Shown: piece after piece, positions 10,740-23,450 of the stretch
Layout: the number at the start of each line of letters is the position of its first letter
Position numbering within the stretch: position 1 is the first letter of the stretch
Source of the DNA: Squalus acanthias
Taxonomy: Eukaryota
Direction of reading: 5' to 3'
Length of the DNA stretch: 64,000 bases
Assembly: GCA_030390025.1 (NCBI GenBank)
Contig: CM059430.1
Coordinates: 72,974,001-73,038,000, forward strand
Notes under the pieces: generated by a model
What the model was told of the DNA's origin: nothing
Databases searched by the model: none
The model's input: the letters and a program-made list of their open reading frames with translations, nothing else
Program-made: the position numbers and the translations under genes

Positions 10740-13700
10740 GTAAACGAACAACTCTCGAGGGTAAATATCGCTGGATTATTGCCCGAGACACGTGCAAATT
10801 GGCATAGAAGCAGACAGATCAGGAAGATTAACACGTGGCTAAAGGGCTGGTGTGGAAAGAGGGGTTCCTTTTCATGGGGCACTGGCACCAGTTCTGGGAC
10901 AGGAAGGAGCTGTAGCGATGGGACGGGCTCCACCTGAACGGTGATGGGACCCGTGTCCTCACGGATAGGGTAAATAGGGAGGTGGCAAAGGCTTTAAACT
11001 AGTTAGATTGGGGGATGGATCTACAAGAAACGTAACCAGCCTAAATATAAACAAAACAGGAAAAGAGAGCATAGAAAACAATATATATGGGAGAACATTG
11101 ATTGCAAGCGAATAAATAGACCTATAGACCATTAGTCTAAAAAGATAGCTAACCATAAAGAGAGAGGAAATCCGATTAAAAATGAGTTAAACTGTCTGTA
11201 CAGCAATGCACACATTGTCCGTAATAAAACAGGGGAGCGGGAGGCAATCATGCGTTGCGAGGAACCAGACATAGTCGGGATTACTGACACATGGCTACAG
11301 AAAAATCAGGACTGGGAATTAAAAATGGAAGGGTATAACATATTTAGCAATCATGGGGAGGTAAAAAGGGAAAAAAGGGAAGGTGGAGAAGCTGTTCTTA
11401 TTAGGGATAACATAATGGCAGTAGAGAAAATTATGCAAGATAAAAATAGAAACCGTATGGATAGAGATAAAAGATAATAAATGATCAATCACGCTAATAG
11501 GCGTACTCTACAGAGCACCTAATAGTGGAAGGTAGGTGGAGGAAGGAATATGCAGACAAATTAGAGTAATGAGAAAAAATCATAGAATAATAATCATGGG
11601 GGATTTCCACTACCCCGATATTAATTGGACAGAAGAGGTAGCTAAAGGGGATAAGGGACTGGAATTCCTTTAATGTGTACAGGACTCCTTTCTAACTCGA
11701 TATTTAAAAAGCCCGACAAGGGAGGATTCGCTATTGGATCTTGCAAAGCGGAATGAACCAGAGCAGATAAGAAAAGTAAAAGTAAGGGAACATATAGGCA
11801 ATAGTGACCATAATAATAATACGCTTTAAGATGAAAATTGAGAAGAGCATAAGTATGACGAAAACCATCTTAACAGATTGGAGAAAAGTTGATTTTGAGA
11901 GGCTGAGAATAGAACTTGGGAAAAAAATGGACAACAATATTGGCAAACAACGATGTAGACCGGCAATGGGAAACATTTAAAACGTTGTTCAACAGAGTGC
12001 TTTAGAAATATATTCCGCTAAAAAGAAAGAACAAACAAAATAGTAATGAGACTCCAATGATGAATAAAGCCATAAGGGGACAATTGATGGTAAGGAAAGA
12101 TTGGAATAGGGCCATTAAAGGATAGAAAGGATAATACCACAGATAACGATAGAGAGATGGCAGAAATATTAAATAATTATTTTGCTTCAGTATTTACCAG
12201 GGAGATAGAACAGGTGGACATGACATTGGATGATGAGATAAGTGCATTTAACATAAAAAGAGGGGATATATTATATAAATTTGTCAAACTCAAAGAGGGT
12301 AAAACCCCTGATGCGGATGGATTGCATCCACGCATTTTAAAAGAATCTAGGGATAGCAGAGGCATTACTGGGCATATTTTGTAATTCGTTCGAAAAAGTT
12401 GCAGTGCCAGAGGACTGGTGGATAGCTAACGAAATACCGATATTTAAGAAGGTTGATAGAACATGTCCAGGCAATTATAGGCCAGTCAGCTTAACATTAG
12501 TTGTCGGAAAAATAATGCAAACCCTAATGAAGGAGAAAATAGAAGTACGTCTAAAAATCGCAAATATAATAATGAATAGTCAGCATGGATTTCAAAAGGG
12601 AAAGCCTTGCTTGACCAACTTTATTGAATTTTTTGAATAGGTAACAGCGAGAGCAGCTAAAGGTAATGCAGTAGATGTAATTTATCTGGATTTTCAAAAG
12701 GCCTTCGATAAAGTACACCATAATAGACGAATCAATAAGTTCAGAGAATGCGGAGTCGGGAGACAAGTAGCAGAATGGATTGCTGGCCGGCTTCAGGACG
12801 GAAAGCAGAGAGTAGGAGTAAAGGGTAGCTATTCACAGTGGCAGAAGGTGGGTAGTGGTGTTCCACAAGGATCAGTGCTGGGACCATTGCTGTTCACAAC
12901 TTACATTAACGATTTAGAATTCAGAATCAAAAACACAAATTCTAAATTTGCGGATGCCACCAAATTGCGGTGTGGGGGGGGGGGGGGGGGGCAGGGTGGA
13001 TACTCAATACTGAGGAGGACAGCAACAAATTACAGGAGTACGTCAATAAACTTGCAGAATGTGTATATAATTGGCAATTGAAGTTCAACACGGATAATTG
13101 CATGGTATTACATTTTGGGTAAGAATAGGGAGGTCACTTATTACTTGGAGGGTGCGAGTCTAGGTGGGGTAGAGGAACAAAGGGATCTCGGAGTGCAAAT
13201 ACACAAATCATAAAAAGTTGCATCACAGGTTAGCAAGGCCATAAAAAAAACAAACCAAGCACGAGGGTTTATTTCTAGAGTTATAGAATTGAAAAGTAGC
13301 GAAGTTAGCTAAACCTGTATCGAAACTTGTTTAGACCACACTTAGAGTACTGCATAAAGTTCTGGTCGCCTTATTATAAAAATGATATAGAGGAACTGGA
13401 GAAGGTGCAGAGAAGATTTTCAAGGATGATACCAGAAATGGGAGTGTATACATATCCGGAAAGGATGAAAAGGCTGGGTCTCTTTTCTCTTGAAAAAAGA
13501 AGGCTGAGCGGTGACCTAATAGAGGGCTTTAAAATTATGAAAGCTTTTGATAGAGTGGATACAGAGAGAGTTTGTCCAATTGTGGGAAAGAGCATAACTG
13601 GTAGCCATCAACATAAGATATTCACCAAGAAATCCAATAGAGAATTCAGGAGAAACTTCCTTACCCAGAGATTGGTGAGAATGTGGAACTCGCTACCACA

Positions 13701-13900
13701 GGGAGTAGTTGAAGCGAATAGTATAGATGCATTTAAGGGGAGGCTCGACAAGCATATGTGGAAAAAGGGAATAGAGGGTTCTGCTGATAGATTTAGACGA
13801 GGAAAGACGGGAGGAGGCTCGTGTGGAGCATAAACGCCGGCATGGCATGGTTGGGCCGAATGGCCTGTTTCTGTGCCATATATCCTATGTAATCCTATGT
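10740..13900 (+). mobile_element. Near-complete decayed CR1 LINE (ORF1 end, APE and RT, 3' tail)
   Basis: [44 protein letters not shown]; tail atcctatgtaatcctatgtaa. Confidence 0.92.
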
Positions 13901-13919
13901 AACTGCTCAGAAACACAGG

Positions 13920-14220
13920 ATTACATCTGTAGCTCATCGGGGCACGGTTTATACTGAGCCATATGGCAGGAAGGTACCAGATTGCATTACCATTCTGCTG
14001 AGGTGGCTGAAGACAGCCGGAGCAGGTGTGTACAATTGGCCCTGGTGGCCCTGAGATGAGGAAGGACAGCAATCAATCGCTTCCCTTGTCCTGAGTGTGG
14101 CCACTGTTAAGTGCATACTTTTCATAGGGTTAAGATCAGTTATTGCTCATCTGTGACGTACAAAGTTGCTTGACCCTCGGGCCGTCCCTGTCTGGCATCA
14201 CCCATGAAGAATGCACATTT
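13920..14220 (+). mobile_element. Possible old degenerate tRNA-derived SINE
   Basis: Head tgtagctcatcgg resembles an A box; body tacaattggccctggtggccctgag resembles repeats I associate with shark genomes; too decayed to classify. Confidence 0.3.
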
Positions 14221-14241
14221 AGTTAGAATGCAGATCCTTAC

Positions 14242-14288
14242 CAGCGCCTTGAATCAGGATTGCAGCAATTGGCAGATCTTGTTGAAGT
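14242..14288 (-). other. Candidate 47-nt exon of gene A downstream of the TM exon (non-coding because of the upstream TAA)
   Basis: tttcgactag| acceptor and CTG|GTAAG donor; enters in phase 2 (matching the TM exon end), exits in phase 1 (matching exon 10453); open frame RLQQDLPIAAILIQGA. Confidence 0.5.
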
Positions 14289-14639
14289 CTAGTCGAAACA
14301 CTCAACACACACATACACATTAACAGACAGACGCACACTCACACATATAATCCTACACAAATGTATTCCTGGTCTGACGGAGTTTAATTAATTTGTTCAA
14401 TAAAAACAAATATAAACTTTGAAATAAAAATTATTTCTCTGGTAACGGCCCGATCAGCACATGAGCATTTCAAACATAATGAGGGGTCATCGGGTATCAG
14501 AGCTTTTGTTAAGCGTACGTGTTGGGTGATTATATTCAGAACAGCAAACCAGCGAAAATTCAAACTCTGGAAATGAACTGCGTTCAGAAAATTATCGAGA
14601 ATGTTATTGAAATTCCTGACTCAGTGACAGACAGTGAAT

Positions 14640-15015
14640 TGGTTCTGGCTAAACATCAGTGAGTGATTGAGCGTAGGAAGTGGGCGTGTAATATTGAATC
14701 ATAGATGCTTATGGCCACACATCAGTGAGTAAGAGTTGGATGGAGTGTGTAAAGCAATTGACAGATGCGTGTGTGTGTGTAATGACAGTGAGACTTTGCT
14801 GTGGATATCGTACAGTGAGAAAGATGTTGTCGGTGTGTAACAGTTAGTAAGAGATTATTCTGAGTGTATAACAGTCAGTGAGATGTGTGTGAGCGTGTGT
14901 GTGTGTGTAACAGGGAATATGAGATGAGTGTGGATGTGTAACACTGAGTGAGAGTAGGGTTTCGGTGGAAACAATGAGTGAGAGATGGATTTGAGTGTAT
15001 AACAGCGAGAGACAT
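14640..15015. repeat. Degenerate GT/GA-rich low-complexity tandem region
   Basis: Recurrent gtgtaacagtgagtgagagatg-like units and (TG)n runs. Confidence 0.6.
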
Positions 15016-15019
15016 TTTC

Positions 15020-16463
15020 ACACTCCAGTATGATTTACTCTTCCTGCTTTGAAACCTTCGATGAGTATGTAAGTGGAGAATGAATGTGGAGCAGCAATGT
15101 ACCGGGAAGCAATCTGTCCCGACATGTTTAAATCCCTCCAGTCAGGTTTCCACCCCTGCCACACTAACGAAACGGCTCTCATCAAAGTCACAAATGACAT
15201 CCTTTGTGACTATGACAAAGGTGAACTATCCCTCATCGTCCTTCTCGAATAGTCTGCAGCGTTTGACATGTTTGACGACTCCATATACCTCCAGCGCCTC
15301 TCCACCATCGTCCAGCTGGGTGGGACTACACTCGCCTGGTTCCATTCCTATCTTTCTAATCGTAGCCAGAGAAACACCTTCAATGGCTTATCTTCCACCT
15401 GTCGCATCGTTACCTCTGGTGTCCCCCAAAGATCTATCGTTGGCCCCCCTCCTATTTCTCATCTACATGCTTCCACTTGGCGACATCATCCGAAAACACA
15501 GCATTAGTTTCCACATGTACGCTGACGACACCCAGCTCTAGCTCACCACCGATTCTCTTGACCCCTTACGGTCTCTAAATAGTCAGACTTCTTGTCCAAC
15601 ATCCAGTACTGGATGAGCATAAATTTTCTCCAATTAAATCTTGGGAAGACTGAAGCCATTGTTTTCGGTCCCCGCCACAAACTCCACAACTCTTCCTAAC
15701 ATCTGCTTGAGACTGAACCGCACTGTTTGCAACCTTAGTGTCGTATTTGACCCTGAAATGAGCTTCTGATCAGTTAAACGCGGCCTAACTAAGACCGCCT
15801 ATTTCCATCTCCATAACATCGCCCGTCTCCACCGCTGCCTCAGCTCATCCACTGCTGAACCCTCATCCATGCCTTTGTTACCTCTAGACTTGACTATTCA
15901 AATGCACTTCTGGCTGGCCTTCCACGTTCCACCCTATGTCATGTTGAGGTCATCCAAAACTCTGCTGCCCGTGTCCTAACTCGCACCAATTCCCGTTCAC
16001 CCATCACCCCTGTACTCACTGGCCTACATTGGTCCCCGGTTAAGCAATGTCTCAATTTCAAAAGTCTCATTCTTGCATTCAAATCCGTCCATGGCCTCGC
16101 TCCTCCCTATCTCTGTAATTCCTCCAGTCCTGCAACCCCCCGAGATAGCTGCGTTCCTCTAATTCTGCCCTCTAGAACATCTCTGATTATAACAGCTCAA
16201 GCATTGGTGGCCGTGCCATCAATTGCCTAGGCATTAAACTCTTGAATTCACTCAATAATCCTCTCTGCGTCTCTACCCTCTTTCCTCCTTTAAGACTCTC
16301 TTTAAGACCTACCTCTTTGACTAAACTTTTGCTCAGGTTCATTAATTTTTCATTATGTAGCGCGGTGTAAATTTTTTGTCTTATAATACTACTGTGAAGC
16401 TCCTTGTGACGTTTTACTATGTCAAAGGCGCTATATAAATACAAGTTGTTGTTGCTGCTGTTG
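15020..16463 (+). mobile_element. 5'-truncated L2 LINE
   Basis: [48 protein letters not shown]; 3' end ggcgctatataaatacaagttgttg. Confidence 0.9.
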
Positions 16464-16565
16464 ACATCACAAGTCACAAAAGAAGGATTCGATAATTTTG
16501 TTTGCTGTGTCCTATAACTTTCAACCCGCGACGATAATCTGAATCAAGAAATCAATGTCTTACCT

Positions 16566-16678
16566 TTAAAACGGGACTGATTTCAAATTATCCACAATGA
16601 GTGTGGTCCCCACTAGAATTACTATTAAACCCAACATGAAACGGCACAGGTTGATGGTTTGGAATCGGTCAGGAGAGG
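16566..16678 (-). CDS. Gene A exon 4: transmembrane segment and short tail (exon extends to 16564)
   Basis: ttgctacccaccag| acceptor; phase-1 frame ASPDRFQTINLCRFMLGLIVILVGTTLIVDNLKSVPF*; AG|GTAAG donor; 115 nt and colinear with the gene B TM exon. Confidence 0.85.
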
Positions 16679-18559
16679 CTGGTGGGTAGCAACAGAAAGG
16701 AAATTTAAAGAAGTTTTGTCATAAATAGTAGAGAGAGGGACAGAGAGATGGAACTGTATATTCAGTCTGAATTGTTTCAGTTTATGAAGAAACAATCATT
16801 TTACTGCATTCTAAATGTTAGTACTGACTGTCTCCTCGTCCTATGAAATGGTCTGATTTTTTGGAGTCAGGGCTCTACTGGGGATTTAAAAAGTGGGTGT
16901 ACTGTACATCAGCTATCATATGTGTTTGCTGAAAGCATCTTGGAGCCATGCTTCCTGCGAAATCGTGTTTTTGATCTTTTAATTGGTGCATTTCCAGCCT
17001 TTAGAAGTTTACTTTATTTATTCACAAATATTTTCTGAAATGTACAGTACTACCAATAGGAGAATATACCCCACTGAGCTAGACAGAAAACTAATACAGA
17101 GTGAATCAAGAACTCCAAAATCAGAGTAAGTACTCAGTATATCATTGCTGTTCGTGGGACTGTTATGCACAATTTGTCTGCAAAACCATTTTATTGCCTG
17201 TGAATCTCTGCCGGACGTCCAGGGGATGTGTAAGGCATCCAGATTATTTCTTTGTGAATATATATTAGCAAAATAATGTTTGGTTCTTGAATCTGGGTTG
17301 AAGGTCATTCTTATTGCACCCAGTAAACGTTTGTTTAACCTGAAAGTAACTCTTGGTGGATTTATTTGTCAAATACCTCACGTACGGCAATTTTCCGTTT
17401 TCCACTCCTTTACCGCAGGTAGTAATACATTTATGTTAAAAATCATTTACAGAAAATCAGGGCTCCACCGCTGCAATAACTGACATGAACTCCCATTGGA
17501 AATTCTTTCTGCTGGGAGCATGTAATCACAATTTTGGAGCCCCGAATTTGCGTTCGGAGACGTACCTCCGGAGAAGATTGCGTACACCGTCATTGGCCCC
17601 GTAAAATGCGGTTTAATATTTTTACCTCAAGACACAAATTGAGCTGCCTGATCTGTCCTTGTTAACTGATTCAATGTATGACACAGGTAGCAGTTCAGAG
17701 ATTGTACCGCGCGGATGTCGGTTCTATTAAACATTTACTTTGAAACTCCCCTTGCAGAATTTCCGGCCCATTCCTTCCTAACGTGTTGATTACCTCATGA
17801 ATCTCAACATCAAGCTTTGCAGCCTCCCTTCGAATAATCTTTTAAAGGGACTCTGGAAGTCCTAATTCCCATTGAGTAGCTGTTGCAAAAGAGGTTATCG
17901 ATCCCCTAAGGAAGAGCCCCATACAACTGTAAGCAGCCTATTTGGTTCTGTTTTCACAATTATCGATTTTTACTCCACCCATCCACCGGAAATCAGGCCG
18001 AGTTCGGGGTGGTGGAAAGTTAAAATGCCGCGGGGGACTTTTACTCATTTTCTGCGCTGATTTGGCCGATTGCAGTGTTAAATTGTCCCGCTTTAAACAT
18101 GCTGACATCGGCGCCCGCTCTGCCATTCTCAACTGGGGCCTGACGGGAATTGTGGTCCTTTCCCGTCAGCCACGCCTGCCTGAAAAAATAGCCAGGTCCA
18201 AAACGTTAATTTTTGTCTTTTTTTTCTGTTTCCTTTTTGGCCAGGGCAGTAGTCCTCTGGGTCTCATAGGAAACCTTGGAACCCCCTAACCCTGGGCTTT
18301 GGCCCTCTCTCCCGATGGTGACTCTGCTCCCGGAGACTTTCCATACCGCCGCCGATCATTTCCGCGGGATCTGGCTTCCGCCTGCCGGCCAGGCAGTGAG
18401 TCTCGCCGAATTCTGGCGGGTGCCCAATCCTTAATATGGATATGAGGCCTGTGAGGTACAATCTTACCAGATATCGTCGTTGTCTTGCGAACTCTTCACT
18501 GGCCCCAACCCCGCATAAGTTCATATGGCGGCATCTACTTTCCCTGAATTATAATTGTC

Positions 18560-18745
18560 TGCGGGCAATTTTTACTTTGGGCAATGTTATAAAATGAGGG
18601 GTATTGAATTTCCTGCCCGTTTCACTTCAGACTGATTTTTCTTTCCATTGAAGTGAATGGAATGCAAAATCGGGCGAGCTATATAATGTGCGGCCAAATC
18701 GATATCACCCGTTTACCAGCATTTACCAAATGTAGGAATACGCCG
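18560..18745. mobile_element. Degenerate short fold-back MITE
   Basis: Central ccattgaagtgaatgg hairpin and imperfect arms resembling 54336-54521. Confidence 0.5.
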
Positions 18746-19069
18746 ACTGGCTGTTGGTTTTAGTTATGCTTTACGGGTGGTTACTCTGTCCTGTAATTAA
18801 CTGTTTGTTTACTCAACCGCGAGATCATATTTCGATAATTCCTGTCTGACAGGAACTTTCTCCTCGTCCCTTTTCCTTAATGTCGGTCCTGTTGACTGTC
18901 ACACTTTTCTTGCTTTCTGTTGCAGTAACGTTTTCCATCTATGGGGTGAACAGCGTGATTAGCTGGTTCTGAAGCTCAGCATTTCCCTGCTACAGTGACT
19001 GAACTACTTAATGTGTGATCTGGATGGGCCATATCCTGAATGTCAGACACATCCAATAGACAATTGCGC

Positions 19070-19161
19070 AGTGTGTGTATGTATATATATATATATCTCG
19101 AGGTAGAGAGAGATTTATGAGTATATCTGTGTGAGTCTGGTATGTACATCTGTATGTAGAT

Positions 19162-19198
<37 letters not shown>

Positions 19199-19220
19199 TG
19201 TCTGTCTGTATGTGTGTGTT
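19070..19220. repeat. (TG)n/(TA)n microsatellite region
   Basis: Direct inspection. Confidence 0.9.
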
Positions 19221-19344
19221 TGATGGCCTGGGCTAACTTCTCTCCTGCCCTATCTCTCAAACTCCCAACTCCACTGACTAAACGATCATGATACTAATCG
19301 CCAAGATCTCACTCTGTTTAATATCACTTCCTTCAATTCGCTCT

Positions 19345-19780
19345 CTCATAGAATAATCATAGAAATTTGCGGCACATAAGGAGGAGATTCGGCCCATCGT
19401 GTTAGCCCTGTGGTAGCCGAAAAAGAACTCTCGAGACTATTCCCACTTTCCACCTCTTGATCAGATACAATCATAATATACAGCATGAATAGAGCAACTC
19501 TAATTCAATTCCTAGTCAACAAGAATGTTAGGGATGCAGAAAAAGAGGGCAACCGTCTTAAAATGACAGCTAGGCCATTTAGGCGGGAAGTCAGGAAGCA
19601 CTTGCTGGCACAAATTGACTTCAAAAAAAATTGAGATTGAATGATTTTCATTCGGTAAGGGTCTCAAGAGATATCGAATAAAGGCAGGTAAACGCACTTG
19701 AGGCACAGATCAGTCATTACCAATTGAATGGCCGAACAGGCTCGAGTAGCTTAATAGCCTACTCCTGTTCCTATATTCCT
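19345..19780. mobile_element. Two small CR1 3' end fragments in opposite orientations
   Basis: catagaataatcatagaa tail (minus) at 19347; gcctactcctgttcctat tail (plus) near 19770. Confidence 0.6.
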
Positions 19781-20024
19781 ATTACCCAATCCAAGTCATC
19801 TTATTTCGCTCTTGGTTTCAAATCATATTTGAATACAATTTAAAATTGCGCTAATAGATATATCTTGCAACCCCAGATAATTATTTTGGAACAACGCTGC
19901 GCGAATATACCTGCTTACAATCTTCTCCACTGTTTCGCTAAATAAAGAAAGGTGAAAAATATTAATATCTGAATATTAACCTATCGGAACATCTTTTATC
20001 CTTTCCCCGTACTGTATTAGAGCA

Positions 20025-20735
20025 CTGGTAGCTCTCCAGTGCTTTGAGGTGACTGCTGTACATGGTCCATGTCTCTGAGGCATACAGGAGGGCGGGTATT
20101 ACTACTGCTCTGTAGACCATGAGCTTGGTGCCTGATTTGAGGTCCTGGTCTTCAAACAGTCTCTTCCTCAGGCGACCGGAGGCTGCACTGGCGCACTGAA
20201 GGCGGTGTTGGACTTCAATATCGACGTCTGCCCTTGTTGACAGTCGGCTCCCGAGGAATGGAAAGTGCTCCATGTTGTCCAAGGCCTTGTCGTGGATTTT
20301 GATAATCGGGGGGAAGTTCTGTGTGGCGGGGGCAGGTTTTTAGACGACCTTTGTCTTACGGATGTTTAATATAAGGCCCATGCTCTCGTACGCTTCGGTG
20401 CAGGTGTTAACGATGGTTTGGAGTTCGACCTCCGAGTGTGCGCAGACGCAAGCGTCTTCTGCATTCTGTAATTCGACAACAGAGGATGGGACGACCTTGG
20501 ATCTGGACTGGAGGTGACGGAGGTGGAACAGTTTCCCGTTTGTTCTGTAAATTATCTCCACTCCAGCAGGGAGCTTACTGAGGGTGAGATGGAGCATTGC
20601 CGTAAGGAAGATCGAGAAGATTGTTGTTGCGATGACACAGCCTTGCTTGACCTCGGTCCGTACATGAATTGGGTCTGTGGTGGAACCGTTGGTCAGGATG
20701 CCGGCTTGCATGTCTCCACATATCCTGCAAATCCA
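20025..20735 (-). mobile_element. RTE-clade (BovB-like) LINE fragment
   Basis: VRTEVKQGCVIATTIFSIFL, degenerate YADD (LQNAEDAC), FPFLGS, KLMVYRAVVIPALLYASETWT. Confidence 0.85.
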
Positions 20736-20974
20736 TTGGCAGGATAGGCGCACTATAGTAACGTGACCACTTTAGAAAACACCTCTCTGAAATGTATTTG
20801 ACCCTTTGTTTAAAAAACTATACTAGGCGAGATCTTTTCAAATGCATTTATGCCGTGGCTGCACCTAAGAAGCAGAACAACCGTTCCTTCAGTTCTAAAA
20901 AATGCCTGAAAATAATCCATTAAAAATATTATTTTTGTAAATATTTTGGAACCTGGAGAGTAATTTATTCTGGT

Positions 20975-21180
20975 ACTTTGTACCCTCTGATACTGTGTAC
21001 AGTTAGAGTAAAATATGTTCATGTAGATTCCTTGTAGGACTGTTTGGAGTTACAGGTTAAATGTGATCCCTGAAATTCCCTCTGGTACTGTGTGTTGCTA
21101 CAGGTAAAATGTGTTCAAGAAGGTTTCCTCTAGTACTGTATGTATTTACAGAGTAAATGTATTCATGTAGGTTCCGTCAG
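20975..21180. repeat. Degenerate ~47-bp minisatellite, 4-5 copies
   Basis: tactgt/gactgt recurs at about 20991, 21038, 21086 and 21133. Confidence 0.7.
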
Positions 21181-21189
21181 TTGAGTACG

Positions 21190-23450
21190 TGGAGCAATTG
21201 CTGACAGAAGCAAAGGTAGAAATAGCAGAGGCATTGCTCACAATCTTGAATTCCATATTATATACAGGATTAGTGCTGGAGCACTCAAGTGTTGCTAATG
21301 TTCTACCAATATTCAAGAAAAAGGAGAGGAATAAACCCGGAAACTACAGGTCAGTCAGAATAACAGTGGTGGTGAGAAGTTATTGGATACCATTATCAGT
21401 CACAAAATAAACATTCCTTTGGAAAGGCATGGGTTAATCAAGTAGAGCCAGCATTTACTTGTTAAACGCAAATCGTGACTGACCAAATTGACTGGATTAT
21501 TTGATGAGGTAACACAGAAGGTAGATCAAGCTAATGTAGTAGATGTTGTATATATGGACTTTCGGAGCGCATTCGACGAAGTGCCACACTCGAGGCTAGT
21601 TAAGAATATCGAAGATTTAAGCAGAAAGTGAAATTATGGATCCGAATTGACAGGAAGCAAAGTGTGGTAGTGGATGGACTGTTGTCAGAGGTGGTTTGCA
21701 GTGGTGTTCCCCAAGTAACAGTTTGGGGTCCATTACTGTTTATTTTTTAATAAACGACCTAGACTAGGGTGAAGGGAGCAGCATAATAAAGTTTGCAGGT
21801 GATACGAAACCTGGCAAAATAGCAGGTAGTGATGAGGATAGTTATAGGCTTCCGGGTGACATCGAAAAAATACTGAAATCGGCAGAAGCATGGCAGATGG
21901 CTTTCAATGTGGAGAAGTGTGAAGTGAGGCACTTTGGGAGGAAAATGTGGAAAGAGAGTATACTACAAATGGCGCGATTTGAATTGTCTAGATGAGCAGT
22001 GAGACATTGGCCCAGAAATTGATCTCGCTCTGTTCCCTTGGGGGTAAGGAGCAGGCGCGATCTCTCACTCCGCGTTGCCTTTTTCAGATCCAGCTCGCAC
22101 GAACTTGATGTTCCAGACATCAGCTGGGCAGTGCTTGCGTATCCCACCGGCGTAGTGAATTCGTGCGAGCTGTGGGATCACCTGACTCAGTTAGAGCCAA
22201 TGGCAGCACACCATCTTCCATTCATGAGTTTCACATACGTGCTGTGAAAGCTATGAATCTAACACCCCCCCAAAATAACAGCTAAACCTCAACTAAATTT
22301 AAAAAAAAACCATCACATTAATAAAATAAGTATAGTTAAATAAATTAACCATTTTAAATAAAAAATTTAATTTTTGAAAAAATTTAAAATCTTTTAAAAA
22401 GTTATAAAAATAAACTTACCTGTCTTTAAAGTCTATAAAAAAGATATACCTGTTAAAAAAAATTCAAAATAATACTTAATTCACTACTTACCTTGTTAAA
22501 AGTGGGTCTTACTCCTCCTTTTTTCGTTTCTAAAATCTTCCGTCCTGACCTGCGCGTCCAAAGCACTAAGTGCACAGCGTGCGCGCAGCCTGTAGCACGC
22601 ACGCGGTGCACCGAGGAACCGACCCCTTTTCCAAAGACCAAGTGCTGGTTTTCAGTGCATGCGCAGTGCATGCAGAAAACCGGCAATTGGAGAGAGAATA
22701 CGCGAGAGTACACACTGCGTACTCTCGCGCAGCGGGATCAATTTTTGGCCCATTACTTTCCATATACACAAATCCTTAAAGGTGGCAGGGCAAGTTGATA
22801 CTTTAAAAAGCACATGGGTTGCTTCGGTTTATAAATAGAATACAATAGAATATAAAAGGAATAGATCCTGCTAGAACTTTATATATCACTGGTTAGGCCT
22901 CAGCTGGAGTATTGTAGAAACATTTTGGGCACCACACTTCAGGAAAGATGTAAAAACATTAGAAAAGGTAAATATGAGGTTTACCAGGATGTTACCAGGG
23001 ATGAGGGACTTCTCTTATGAGGAGAGGCTGGAAAAGTTAGGACTGTTCTCCCTGTAACAGATAGGGTTAAGAGGTGAACTAATAGTGGTTTTAAAGCTGA
23101 ACAGAGATTTTAAAAGAATACATTGAGAAAAATATTCCCTCTGGCGTGTGGTCAATAACCAGAGGTCATAGATTTAATATCAATTGCAAAATATCTAATG
23201 GGGAGATGAGGAGATTTTTTTTCATTCCGAGAGCTGTTGGGATCTGGAACAGTACCTGAAAAGGTGGAGGAAGATGATTTCATAAATTGTTTTGAAAAAG
23301 GAGCTGGACATGTACTTGAGGATGAGGAACTTAGAGGTTTACAGAAGAAATCGGGGTGGGGGGAGGTGGAACTCAGCACGACTGCTATTTCAAAGATGCA
23401 GTACAGGCACGACGGGCCGAATGCCCTCCTTCTGTGTTGTAAGTTTGAAT
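21190..23450 (+). mobile_element. Decayed CR1 ORF2 split by a MITE
   Basis: ANVLPIFKKKERNKPGNYRSV; gtggtgttccccaag; ggttaggcctcagctggagtattg. Confidence 0.85.
22009..22751. mobile_element. Complete MITE with TIRs and ATT target-site duplication
   Basis: att|ggcccagaaattgatctcgct ... agcgggatcaatttttggccc|att; AT-rich core containing aaataaacttacc. Confidence 0.85.

Noticed and set aside
17018-17308. ORF with a hydrophobic C-terminus as the gene A TM exon
   Set aside because: The nearest acceptor gives an early stop in phase 1, and 16678-16564 matches the gene B TM exon exactly in length and key residues
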